This document shows, piece by piece, positions 56,160-64,000 of a DNA stretch of 64,000 bases. Source of the stretch: Micromonospora sp. GTDB lineage: Bacteria; Actinomycetota; Actinomycetes; Mycobacteriales; Micromonosporaceae. The stretch lies in the NCBI GenBank assembly GCA_036563645.1, contig DATCMA010000056.1:9898-73897 (forward strand), in the 5' to 3' direction. The notes under the pieces are model-generated. The model did no database searches. It saw only the letters and a list, made by a program, of their open reading frames with translations, and was not told the DNA's origin. The number at the start of each line of letters is the position of its first letter. The stretch's first letter is position 1. A program made the position numbers and the translations under genes.

Positions 56160-57155
56160 GTGAATCGCCAAGCGCCCCTCACCCCACAACAGGTGCAGGG
56201 ATTCGCCGCGCTCGCGGGGCGGCTTGCCGACACCATCTCCACGGTGGTGCTCGGCAAGCCGCACGTCGTGCGGCTGGCGTTGACCGCGCTCTTCGCGCAG
56301 GGGCACGTCCTGCTCGAGGACGTGCCCGGCGTCGGCAAGACCACGCTCGCGCGCGCGATCGCCACGACCGTCCGGGGGCAGTGCCGGCGCATTCAGTTCA
56401 CCCCCGACCTGCTGCCCAGTGACGTCTCCGGGGTGACGATCTTCAATCAGGCCACCCGTGCCTTCGAGTTCCACCCGGGGCCGGTCTTCGCCAACATCGT
56501 CATCGCTGACGAGATCAACCGCGCGTCGCCGAAGACGCAGGCCGCGCTGCTGGAGGTCATGGAGGAACGGCACGTCACCGTGGACGGCGTGCGCCACCCG
56601 GTGCCGCAGCCGTTCCTCGTGGTGGCGACGCAGAACCCGGTCGAGATGGACGGCACCTACCGGCTTCCTGAGGCCCAGCTCGACCGTTTCCTCGTCCGGC
56701 TGTCGATGGGCTACCCCGACGAGCACGCCGAGATCGAGGTGCTGCGCGGCGCGACCGTGCGCTCTCCGGAGGCGCTGCCCGTGGTCACGGATACCGCGAC
56801 GATCGGAGAGATGGTGCGCATGGCCCAGCGGGTGCACATCGCCGATCCGCTGTATGCGTACATGGTCCGCCTCGCCGCCGCCACCCGTCACCACCCGCAT
56901 GTCCGCGTCGGAGTCAGCCCGCGCGGGGTGATCGCGTTGACGCGGGCGGCCTGCGCGTACGCCCTGATGCACGGGCGCGGCTACGTCCTCCCCGAAGACA
57001 TCAAGGAGCTCGTGGAGCCGGTCTTCGCGCACCGGGTGCTGCTCTCCCCCGACGCCCAACTCCGCGGGATCAGCGCCGCGGACGTGGTGCGGGAGGCGGT
57101 CCAGTCGGTGCCGGTGCCGCTGCCTACCGGGCAATCCGCCCCGGTGGGTGCGTAA
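56160..57155 (+). CDS. moxR: MoxR-family AAA+ ATPase
   Basis: Walker A EDVPGVGKTTLA, Walker B IVIADEINRASPKTQAALLEVMEE. GTG 56160 is 7 nt after GAGGAG. The track start 56154 is too close to the SD. Confidence 0.95.
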   Translation: MNRQAPLTPQQVQGFAALAGRLADTISTVVLGKPHVVRLALTALFAQGHVLLEDVPGVGKTTLARAIATTVRGQCRRIQFTPDLLPSDVSGVTIFNQATRAFEFHPGPVFANIVIADEINRASPKTQAALLEVMEERHVTVDGVRHPVPQPFLVVATQNPVEMDGTYRLPEAQLDRFLVRLSMGYPDEHAEIEVLRGATVRSPEALPVVTDTATIGEMVRMAQRVHIADPLYAYMVRLAAATRHHPHVRVGVSPRGVIALTRAACAYALMHGRGYVLPEDIKELVEPVFAHRVLLSPDAQLRGISAADVVREAVQSVPVPLPTGQSAPVGA

Positions 57156-57166
57156 CCGCGACGACC

Positions 57167-58333
57167 ATGATCCTCACGTCACGCGGTTGTGGGGTGCTCA
57201 TCGGCGGTGCCGCGCTGCTCGCGGCCGGTTTCGCCGGTGGCTACCCCGAGCTGTCGGTCCTTGGCGCGGTCGGGGTGGTCGCGCTGCTGTGCGCTGGCGT
57301 CTACGCGGCGTGGTGGCCGCGCCTCGAGGTGTCGCGCCGGGTGGATCCGGACCGGGTCGAGCGGGGCGAGGACGCCACGATGGAGCTGACCGTTCGGGCA
57401 CGGGGCCGGTTCCGCCCCGCCACCCTGATCGCCAAGGACCGCTGTGGCGATCGCGAGCTGTCCGTACCGCTGCTGCGCGTGCGGTCAGGCCGGGTCACCG
57501 AGGTGACGTACCCGGTGCCGACTCAGCGGCGCGGCGTCGTGCCGATCGGTCCCCTGCGGATCACCCGCCGGGACGCGCTCGGCCTCATCACCCTCACTCG
57601 CCGCTACGGGCCGACCGCGCAGGTCCGGGTGCACCCGCGCGTTCACCCGCTCGTGGCGGTCCCCGCCGGGGTGGCCCGGAGCCTGGACGGGCGGTTCGAC
57701 CGCGTCCCCCACGGGACGATCACGTTCGACACGTTGCGCGAGTACGTCATCGGCGACGAGCTGCGCAAGGTCCACTGGCGGACCAGCGCCCGCATCGGGG
57801 AATTGATGGTCCGCGAGGACGTCGACACGAGCCTGCCGCGCCTCGTGGTGCTCCTCGACAACCGCGCGAGCGCCTACCCGGACCGCGTCGACGGCGTGGC
57901 GGAGACGTTCGAATCGGCGTGTGAGGCGGCGGCGTCGATCGTCGTGGCCGCGGTCCGCGAGGACCTTCCCGTGGCCTTGATGATCGTCGACGACGATCCT
58001 CCGATCGACGGCGACCACCTGGACCGGCTCACCGAGGTGCGGCTCCGTGACCGCCCCGGGGTCGATCCCCAGGAGCCGCTGCGTACCGCGGCGATGCGGC
58101 TGCGCCAGCAGCGCGCCGGCGACACCCTGATCTTCCTCACCGGGCCGGGCGCGCGCGACGACCTCGGCCACATTGGCGCGCTCCGCGGGCCGTACGCGAC
58201 GGTGCTGGTCGGGGTGCTGCACGGCGACGCCGCTGAGGCGGCCCACGCCCGCACGGTCGACCCGATGTTGATCATCAACGCCCGAGACGGCGCGGACTTC
58301 GCCGCCGAGTGGAATGGGGTGCCGGCGTGGTGA
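57167..58333 (+). CDS. DUF58 domain protein (MoxR partner, vWA-like)
   Basis: ..FDTLREYVIGDELRKVHWRTSARIGELMVRE.. then ..LVVLLDNR.. Confidence 0.9.
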   Translation: MILTSRGCGVLIGGAALLAAGFAGGYPELSVLGAVGVVALLCAGVYAAWWPRLEVSRRVDPDRVERGEDATMELTVRARGRFRPATLIAKDRCGDRELSVPLLRVRSGRVTEVTYPVPTQRRGVVPIGPLRITRRDALGLITLTRRYGPTAQVRVHPRVHPLVAVPAGVARSLDGRFDRVPHGTITFDTLREYVIGDELRKVHWRTSARIGELMVREDVDTSLPRLVVLLDNRASAYPDRVDGVAETFESACEAAASIVVAAVREDLPVALMIVDDDPPIDGDHLDRLTEVRLRDRPGVDPQEPLRTAAMRLRQQRAGDTLIFLTGPGARDDLGHIGALRGPYATVLVGVLHGDAAEAAHARTVDPMLIINARDGADFAAEWNGVPAW

Positions 58334-60600
58334 GGCGCGTCCTGCTCATCCCACTGATCCTGAGCGGCATGATCGCGCTGGTCGGGGTGTCGCTCGGACA
58401 GATCTACGCGGGCCCGCTGCTCACCCAGCTCGTCGCCGGCGCCGCGCTCGGCTCGGTCGGCCTCAGCGTCGTGGCCCGGCGGCTGCCCAACTGGCTGGTG
58501 GCGCCCGTGTCGGCGGCCGCGCTCGTCGGCTACACGACGGTCGCGATGGACGTGGCGGCGCGGCGGGCGGAGATGCCGGGCCCGATCACTCAGGTGTTCC
58601 TCGACGCCGCCCGCAACGGGATCCCCCGGCTGCTCACCGCCATGATCCCGGTCGAGCCGTTGCCGGACACGGTGGTAGTCCCCGTCGCCGCGACCTGGTT
58701 GGCTGGCTTCGCCGCGGCCGAGGTGGCGCTGCGCGCCGGCCGGCTGTTGCTCGGCTACGTTCCGCCGACCCTGCTCTACGCCGGCGCGCTGTACGTGATG
58801 GGTCCGAACGCGGAGACGACCCTGTGGATTCCGCTGGCGTTCGCCGCCCTGGCCATCGCCGGGCTGGCGCTCACCGCCCGGCCACCGGCTCGGTCCGCTG
58901 ACGTCGAGGAGCCGCTCCGTGGGGCGCTGCGCGTTCGGATCGTCACCGGCCACCTCATCGGCCTCACCGTGGTGATCGCCCTGGCGGCCGGACTCGCGCC
59001 CATGGTCAGCGCTCGGGTCGAGGTGGAGCCCGTCGATCCCCGTCGCTACGTGCAGCCACCTCAGGTCGACAGCCTCGACGAGAGTCCACTCATTCGGATC
59101 TCCGGATGGGCGCTGAACCCCGAGCAGAAGCTACTCGACATCACCACCGAGGTCGTCTCCGAGACCTCCGATGAACCGCAGGATGGTGCCGCGCTGCCGG
59201 ATGAGGCGGCGGACTCCGGTGAGGCCCCGAGCGTGGGCGCGGGGATCCGGATTCGGTTGGCCGTCCTCCACGACTACGACGGGGTGACCTGGAGGGTCGG
59301 CGGCACCTACCGCAACGCGGGTCGGGTCCTCCCGTCGGTCACGCCCCATCCCGACGCCACCGTGGACACCGTTCGCCAGGAGATCACCATAGGCGAGTTG
59401 ACCGGTCGGCTGCTGCCGGCGGTGGCCACCCCGCAGCGCATCGAGGGCGCCCGCGTGGCGTATGACCCGGACAGCGGCACGTTGATCCGCCCGGAAGGGC
59501 TGACCCCTGGCTTGCGGTACGCGGTGACCTCGGTGCGGGAGCGTCCGGACTACACCCAGTTGACCGCGGCCAACGTGCCCGCCGGGGACGAGGTGGCGCG
59601 GGTGCTCCACGTGGCGGATGGGGTGCCCGAGCAGATGCGACGCCTCGCCGACAAAATCTCCACGGAGAACGGCTCCCCGTACCAGCGCGCGTTGGCGATC
59701 GAGCAGTTCTTGTCGGAGCACTACCGCTTCGACGCCGACTCGCCGAGCGGCCACGCGTATCCCAACCTCGCGTTCTTCCTCTTTGGGCCACGCCACGCCG
59801 GTGGCCAGCGGGGCACCTCGGAGCAGTTCGCCGCGGCGTTCGCGGTGCTCGGGCGGCTCGTCGGGCTGCCCACCCGCGTCGTCGTCGGCTTTCGCCCCGC
59901 CCGGGGCACCGGCCCGGTGGTGGCCGGGGACGCCGTGGCCTGGCCTGAGGTGCTCTTCGCTGGACTCGGATGGGTGCCGTTCGATCCTCTCCCCAAGCCG
60001 AACAGCGAGCCCCGGCCGGTCGAGGAGGAATTCAAGCCCTCGCCGGAGCCGACCACGCCACCACCCAGCCCGGAACCGACCCCCACGATCGACCCCACCG
60101 CGTCCTCAGGTCCGGAGTTGGTCCTCGCCCCATCGGGGAATGGCCCCACGGGCGCCGTCCTCGCCGGGGTGGGCGTCGGCACGCTGATCGTGCTCCTCGC
60201 CGCAGCGCTTGTCACGGTGCTCGTGTTGCGCCGGTCGCTGCGGCGGCGTCGGCTCACGACCGGGCCGCCAGCGGCGCGGGTCGTCGGCGCGTGGCTCGAG
60301 GTCATGGACGCCTTGCGGCTGGCGGGGCACCCGGCCGCGGCCCACCTGTCCGCGAGCGAGGTAGCCGCCCACGCCCGCCAGGCCCCCGCGCCAGGGGTCC
60401 GTCCCGCGGTGCCGCCGATCGACGAGCTCGCCGAGCTGGTCAACCGCATCACGTTCGGGTCAGGGGCCGCCGAGGAGAGCCAGGCGCGCGCGGCGGTCGC
60501 CCAGGCTCAGGAGTTCACGGAGCGCTTACGCGCCGCGCGACCGTGGTGGCGTCGTCTGCTGTGGGCGGTGCACCTCGGCCCGCTCCGCTGGCACCGGTAG
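58309..60600 (+). CDS. TgpA-like polytopic transglutaminase-fold protein with substituted catalytic Cys and His
   Basis: N-terminal multi-TM (DUF3488-like) region. Core ..GQRGTSEQFAAAFAVLGRLVGLPTRVVVGF..GDAVAWPEVLFAGLGWVPFDP.. Start ATG 58309 or GTG 58327/58330 (GTGA overlap). Confidence 0.9.
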   Translation: MEWGAGVVRRVLLIPLILSGMIALVGVSLGQIYAGPLLTQLVAGAALGSVGLSVVARRLPNWLVAPVSAAALVGYTTVAMDVAARRAEMPGPITQVFLDAARNGIPRLLTAMIPVEPLPDTVVVPVAATWLAGFAAAEVALRAGRLLLGYVPPTLLYAGALYVMGPNAETTLWIPLAFAALAIAGLALTARPPARSADVEEPLRGALRVRIVTGHLIGLTVVIALAAGLAPMVSARVEVEPVDPRRYVQPPQVDSLDESPLIRISGWALNPEQKLLDITTEVVSETSDEPQDGAALPDEAADSGEAPSVGAGIRIRLAVLHDYDGVTWRVGGTYRNAGRVLPSVTPHPDATVDTVRQEITIGELTGRLLPAVATPQRIEGARVAYDPDSGTLIRPEGLTPGLRYAVTSVRERPDYTQLTAANVPAGDEVARVLHVADGVPEQMRRLADKISTENGSPYQRALAIEQFLSEHYRFDADSPSGHAYPNLAFFLFGPRHAGGQRGTSEQFAAAFAVLGRLVGLPTRVVVGFRPARGTGPVVAGDAVAWPEVLFAGLGWVPFDPLPKPNSEPRPVEEEFKPSPEPTTPPPSPEPTPTIDPTASSGPELVLAPSGNGPTGAVLAGVGVGTLIVLLAAALVTVLVLRRSLRRRRLTTGPPAARVVGAWLEVMDALRLAGHPAAAHLSASEVAAHARQAPAPGVRPAVPPIDELAELVNRITFGSGAAEESQARAAVAQAQEFTERLRAARPWWRRLLWAVHLGPLRWHR

Positions 60601-60757
60601 CGCCTGGGGGTCGATTGCGCGCCGATCTGGGGATGTGCCCCAGGACTACCCGAGAGTAATCTCGCGAACGGACCCAGGATGTGATCACCGAGGACGCCTC
60701 GGTGATGACGTCCGGTGCGCGTCCTCGGGACGGGGCGGCACAGCGTGGAGGCAGCAC

Positions 60758-61468
60758 ATGACCTCGAATCGCGAGCGCGCGGAGTCGCTCAGCGACATGC
60801 TCGGAGGTCGGCGTGGTGCGATCGACGCGACGCTCCCCGCGGTCGCGTTCGGTGCCGGCTGGTGGGCGAGCGGCCACTCCATCATGGGTGGTGGCATCGC
60901 CGCGGTCCTCGTCGCCGCCGGGGTCGCCGGGTGGCGCCTGCGTCGGGGCGACCGCCCGGGCTCGGTGCTGATTGGGCTCCTCGTCGTCTGTCTCGGTGTG
61001 CTCATCGCGCTGCGCACGGGCCGAGCCAGCGACTTCTTCCTCCTCCAGCTCGCGGCGAACATGACCAGCGCGCTGGCCTGGTTGGTCAGCATCGTGATTC
61101 GATGGCCGCTACTCGGCGTCGTCGTCGGGCTCGTGCTGGGTCAAGGCCGCCGGTGGCGGCGTGATCCCGCGCTGCTGCGCGCCTATGGGCGGGCGAGCTG
61201 GGTGTGGGTCGCACAATACCTCATCCGACTCGCCGTCTTCATCCCGCTCTATCTCGCCGATCACGTCGTCGGCCTGACCATCGCGCGCGCGGCGCTCACC
61301 TGGCCACTGGTCGCCACCTGCATCGCGGTGAGCTGGTGGGTCCTCCAACGCAGCCTGCCCGCGGGACATCCTGGCCTCCGCTCGCCCGTGACCACCCCAC
61401 CCACAGCCGCGGCGTCTTCATCGACCACTGAGGGCAGTGACTCCCCACACCCCACGGATGGCAGGTAA
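60758..61468 (+). CDS. DUF3159 membrane protein
   Basis: ..LGGRRGAIDATLPAVAFGAGW..RASDFFLLQLAANMTSALAWLVSIVIRWPLLGVV.. GGAGG 7 nt before ATG 60758. Confidence 0.8.
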   Translation: MTSNRERAESLSDMLGGRRGAIDATLPAVAFGAGWWASGHSIMGGGIAAVLVAAGVAGWRLRRGDRPGSVLIGLLVVCLGVLIALRTGRASDFFLLQLAANMTSALAWLVSIVIRWPLLGVVVGLVLGQGRRWRRDPALLRAYGRASWVWVAQYLIRLAVFIPLYLADHVVGLTIARAALTWPLVATCIAVSWWVLQRSLPAGHPGLRSPVTTPPTAAASSSTTEGSDSPHPTDGR

Positions 61469-61476
61469 TCTATATA

Positions 61477-61517
61477 GAGGAGGGGCCGCTTCCCCCGTGG
61501 CGGCCTCTCCCCTTTTC
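61477..61517 (+). terminator. rho-independent terminator after the DUF3159 gene
   Basis: gaggaggggccgc / gcggcctctcc stem (one G-U pair) followed by cccTTTTcg. Confidence 0.6.
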
Positions 61518-61737
61518 GTGTTGCGCGGTGAGTTCGGCTGGAATGTGGCTGGTCGCGCACGCGTTCCCACCACGTCCCCGCACACCGTCACCGACTGATT
61601 GACCGCCGACACGCTGTGTTTTCCGGTTCGCGGAGACAGATTTGCGGGCGTGAGATCTGTTATGGCGGTCGGCACTACCCAGTGATTACAGTGGCGACGC
61701 TATCCGCATCCGGTGCAGGTTGAGGAGGGCAGCGTTC

Positions 61738-63003
61738 GTGGCCGAGCACGATGAGCCCGACGTGCCCAACGCGCGCGCGCATGCCACGGCTGAACCGTCT
61801 GACAACCAGGCATCCTCCACACACCACATTCCTCACCCGCGGCCGCCCGCGGCCGAGCCGTCCGCGCCACGGGACGGCGGGCCAAATGGGGCGGGGCAGG
61901 CCAGGGCCGCTGATCCCGCCGAGGGCCGCCCGGCCGACGATCCCTCGCCCTACGCGGACCTGACGGTACGGTCCGCGCTGGAATCGGCCACGATGGAGTT
62001 GCCGTTCCTCGTGGAGTCACTGGCGGCGGCCACCCGACGGGCCCGGGCGGCGATGGAATCCGGCGCCGACGGCGAAGCCGGGATCCTCGCGGACATCGGC
62101 GGGCTCGCCACGCCTCCTGCCGAGACTCCACCGACGAGCGCGAGCCACACCGACACCGCGACGCACTCGGCTCCCTCCACCGGGGAGATATCGTTCCGTG
62201 GTACGGCGGCGGTGCCCGGCACGGCGGCGCCCACCGCCGCGGCGTCCGACACCGCGACGACTACCCGCTCCGAGCCGGCGCGCGAGGGGTCACCCGGCGT
62301 CTCGGAACCGGCGACGACGGTGATGGGGGACGCGCAGACTGGGCCAGAGGGCTCCCGGTTTCGGCGTCTGGTACGCCGCTACGGCTGGCTCGTCGCCGTT
62401 CTGGTCGTTGTCGCGGTGGCGATCGCCGGCTTCCTCGCCCTCTCCTCGCCCTCCTCGGACGGGGACGCCGGAGCACACCCGCCCCCATCGTCGTCACCCG
62501 TGGCCGCCCAGCCCAGCGCGTCCGCCCCGGCGGAGGACGCCACTCCCCACCTGCCGCCGAGCGACGAGGCGGTTCCGAGCCCGGGGGCGAGCCCGAACAC
62601 CGGTGGCGGAGCGCCCTCCCCCGCCTCGATGGGGTCCGCCCCCGCCCAGAAGCCTGCGCCACCGGAGACCCCAGCGGCCCCGGCAGCCGGCCCGCCACCA
62701 CCCGCCACCCCCGCGCCGCCCTCCGACAACGCCGGCCCCAAGCCCGCCCCACCGCCACGGCCACGGCGGCCCCTCGGCCCTCCAATCGGGCCGTGGAACG
62801 CGGACGATCGGAGAGCCACTCTCGACGCCTATTGCGAGGCGGTCAAACCTTCCGCACACGCGGATGATGTCTCGCGATTGACCTGCAAAGACAGCACCGG
62901 AAAAGTCTTCAGTGTCAACCTCGACGACGTGTGCGCCCACCGATTCGGCACCGCGTATGGGAGCTTCGTACCCGGGGGCGACTGGTATTGCTTCCGCGGC
63001 TGA
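61738..63003 (+). CDS. Pro/Ala/Thr-rich single-pass membrane protein with small 4-Cys C-terminal domain
   Basis: GTG 61738 lies 8 nt after GAGGAGGG. TM WLVAVLVVVAVAIAGFLAL. C-end ..LDAYCEAV..LTCKDSTGKVFSVNLDDVCAHRFG..DWYCFRG. Confidence 0.6.
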   Translation: MAEHDEPDVPNARAHATAEPSDNQASSTHHIPHPRPPAAEPSAPRDGGPNGAGQARAADPAEGRPADDPSPYADLTVRSALESATMELPFLVESLAAATRRARAAMESGADGEAGILADIGGLATPPAETPPTSASHTDTATHSAPSTGEISFRGTAAVPGTAAPTAAASDTATTTRSEPAREGSPGVSEPATTVMGDAQTGPEGSRFRRLVRRYGWLVAVLVVVAVAIAGFLALSSPSSDGDAGAHPPPSSSPVAAQPSASAPAEDATPHLPPSDEAVPSPGASPNTGGGAPSPASMGSAPAQKPAPPETPAAPAAGPPPPATPAPPSDNAGPKPAPPPRPRRPLGPPIGPWNADDRRATLDAYCEAVKPSAHADDVSRLTCKDSTGKVFSVNLDDVCAHRFGTAYGSFVPGGDWYCFRG

Positions 63004-63440
63004 CGAGGCGACACGTCCCGCCGGCACTGGCCGCGAGAACGCCTTCAGCGCTCCCATGTGGAGCGCCGTGCGAAAGCCACGGCGGGTGAGACGACCCAAC
63101 CCGCTCGACATCACTCAGTCAGTAGGCCGCGGCGCGGCTCGGCACCCACGCGCGGGTGACGAGATGCCGGACGCGGCGCCATCCCATCCGGCTGCGCAGC
63201 GCCTGTGGTGACAGTGGACTCACCGAGTCCTTGTACGAAGGTCCATCCCGGCGATGGATCGTCACTGAGGAGCGCCTGCCCATCTCCGTGTCGCATCCGA
63301 GCGTCACCGACGCGTCGCGGGTACCCGTCGCCGGTCCGGTGGCGTGGGTATCGCCGGGGAAAGGCAGGAGTCGCGGCGCCGACTATCGCCCCGCCCCAGC
63401 AGGAACCTGCTTTGGGAAAAGGAGACAGGAAAGAAAGAGA

Positions 63441-63472
63441 GCCGGTCGTGGCCCAGCTGGGCCACGACCGGC
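63441..63472 (-). terminator. rho-independent terminator (minus strand)
   Basis: gccggtcgtggccc-agct-gggccacgaccggc, a 14-bp perfect stem. On the minus strand it is followed by tctctttctttcctgtctccttttccc. Confidence 0.55.
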
Positions 63473-63675
63473 GGGACCGGTAACCCGGGTGCGTGCTCCC
63501 GGGGGGTGGCGGAGCGACCAGGCCGCTGCGTTGACCAGCCTGGCCGCCCGGACCACCCGGCCTGACCGTGGGCATCAGGCCTTACTGCCGCGCTCCCCGC
63601 TGGTGGCCGACGGGGGTTCCTGCGCGGCGGTGAGGCGATCCGGGTGGGCGGGCAGGCCGCCCACCCGGATCGGAC

Positions 63676-64000
63676 TCAGCCGTTAGGGAAGAGGTGACCG
63701 TAGTCGGCGAAGGCCATCGCGATGTCCGCCTGCGCCCAGAACCGGTGGTAGTAGAAGACCGGAGCCGGGCCGCCGTTCAGGTACCGCTCGACCTTCGGCC
63801 AGTCCGGGTCCTGCTTGTAGAAGGACCGGATGTCGACGAAGCTCTTGCCCGGGGCGATCTCGTCGCCGTTCGGCATCCGCCCACGCCAGCCCTGCGGGAT
63901 GTAGAGGCCCTGGCCGGTCGAGGAGTCGTAGACGTCGTCGAACCGCCGGTAGTCCTCACGGGTCTCCGGAGTGGAGATGCCCTTCTCCTCCGCGTGGGCG
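63676..64000 (-). CDS. 3' part of an unidentified CDS (partial, continues beyond the window)
   Basis: Frame open from the window edge: ..AHAEEKGISTPETREDYRRFDDVYDSSTGQGLYIPQGWRGRMPNGDEIAPGKSFVDIRSFYKQDPDWPKVERYLNGGPAPVFYYHRFWAQADIAMAFADYGHLFPNG*. High GC3. Family not recognised. Confidence 0.6.
   Translation of the reverse strand, partial: AHAEEKGISTPETREDYRRFDDVYDSSTGQGLYIPQGWRGRMPNGDEIAPGKSFVDIRSFYKQDPDWPKVERYLNGGPAPVFYYHRFWAQADIAMAFADYGHLFPNG

Noticed and set aside
63473-63675. About 200 nt between the stop of the partial minus-strand gene and its terminator, rich in short GC hairpins, as a possible structured ncRNA (SRP, RNase P, tmRNA, 6C, riboswitch)
   Set aside because: I found none of the diagnostic conserved strings (e.g. 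GGAAGCAGC of SRP RNA, GAGGAAAGUCC of RNase P). Hairpins of 5-12 bp arise by chance at this GC content. It needs a covariance-model scan to settle.
1-64000. CRISPR arrays, rRNA genes, IS elements, and restriction-modification, toxin-antitoxin or other recognisable defence systems
   Set aside because: I saw no regularly spaced repeat arrays, no rRNA-like conserved segments, no DDE/serine/tyrosine recombinase motifs and no defence-gene signatures while reading both strands. The only tandem or direct repeats are the short promoter-region pairs listed above.

Overview
Very GC-rich, gene-dense chromosomal segment. Actinomycete hallmarks are frequent GTG/TTG starts, many ATGA/GTGA start-stop overlaps, G/C-dominated third codon positions, a DevS/DevR-like dormancy module, a Streptomyces-type copper/DyP operon and a SARP regulator. 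A methyl-accepting chemotaxis gene hints at a motile-spore actinomycete, but that is speculative. I call about 60 protein genes and one tRNA-Leu(GAG). I recognise no rRNA, CRISPR array, transposase or integrase. Modules in order: (1) a decayed graspetide RiPP locus (5'-truncated ATP-grasp maturase plus frameshifted PIMT-type methyltransferase) abutting a low-GC insert with a tiny membrane ORF; (2) Cache-MCP, DUF4142, ADC-like protein, GH43 and a sugar ABC operon; (3) a tightly coupled operon of unknown product (stand-alone GTP cyclohydrolase II, RibD-type reductase, non-canonical PTPS homologue, MDR dehydrogenase, methyltransferase, GT4, flippase-like protein) divergent from a CDP-alcohol phosphatidyltransferase and an alkaline-phosphatase-superfamily membrane protein; (4) a DevS/DevR-like module with tandem USP, Acg-type nitroreductase, Zn-ADH and FMN lactate oxidase/dehydrogenase; (5) a peptide/nickel-type ABC operon; (6) a PCuAC-DyP-CopC-CopD/CtaG copper operon; (7) an envelope glycan operon pairing a decaprenyl-phosphate phosphoribosyltransferase-like UbiA enzyme with an SDR and a class-III aminotransferase, plus two GT2s, a flippase-like protein and an EEP protein; (8) a tRNA-Leu-adjacent islet with three coupled small genes, a small SARP and a strongly signalled 61-codon ORF; (9) TPR/FN3 envelope proteins followed by MoxR-DUF58-transglutaminase-like, where the transglutaminase catalytic Cys and His are substituted; (10) DUF3159 and a Pro-rich membrane protein. 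The best candidates for undescribed biology are modules 3 and 7. At least four, possibly five, single-base indels interrupt otherwise convincing genes. These are either real decay or assembly error and must be resolved before any functional claim.
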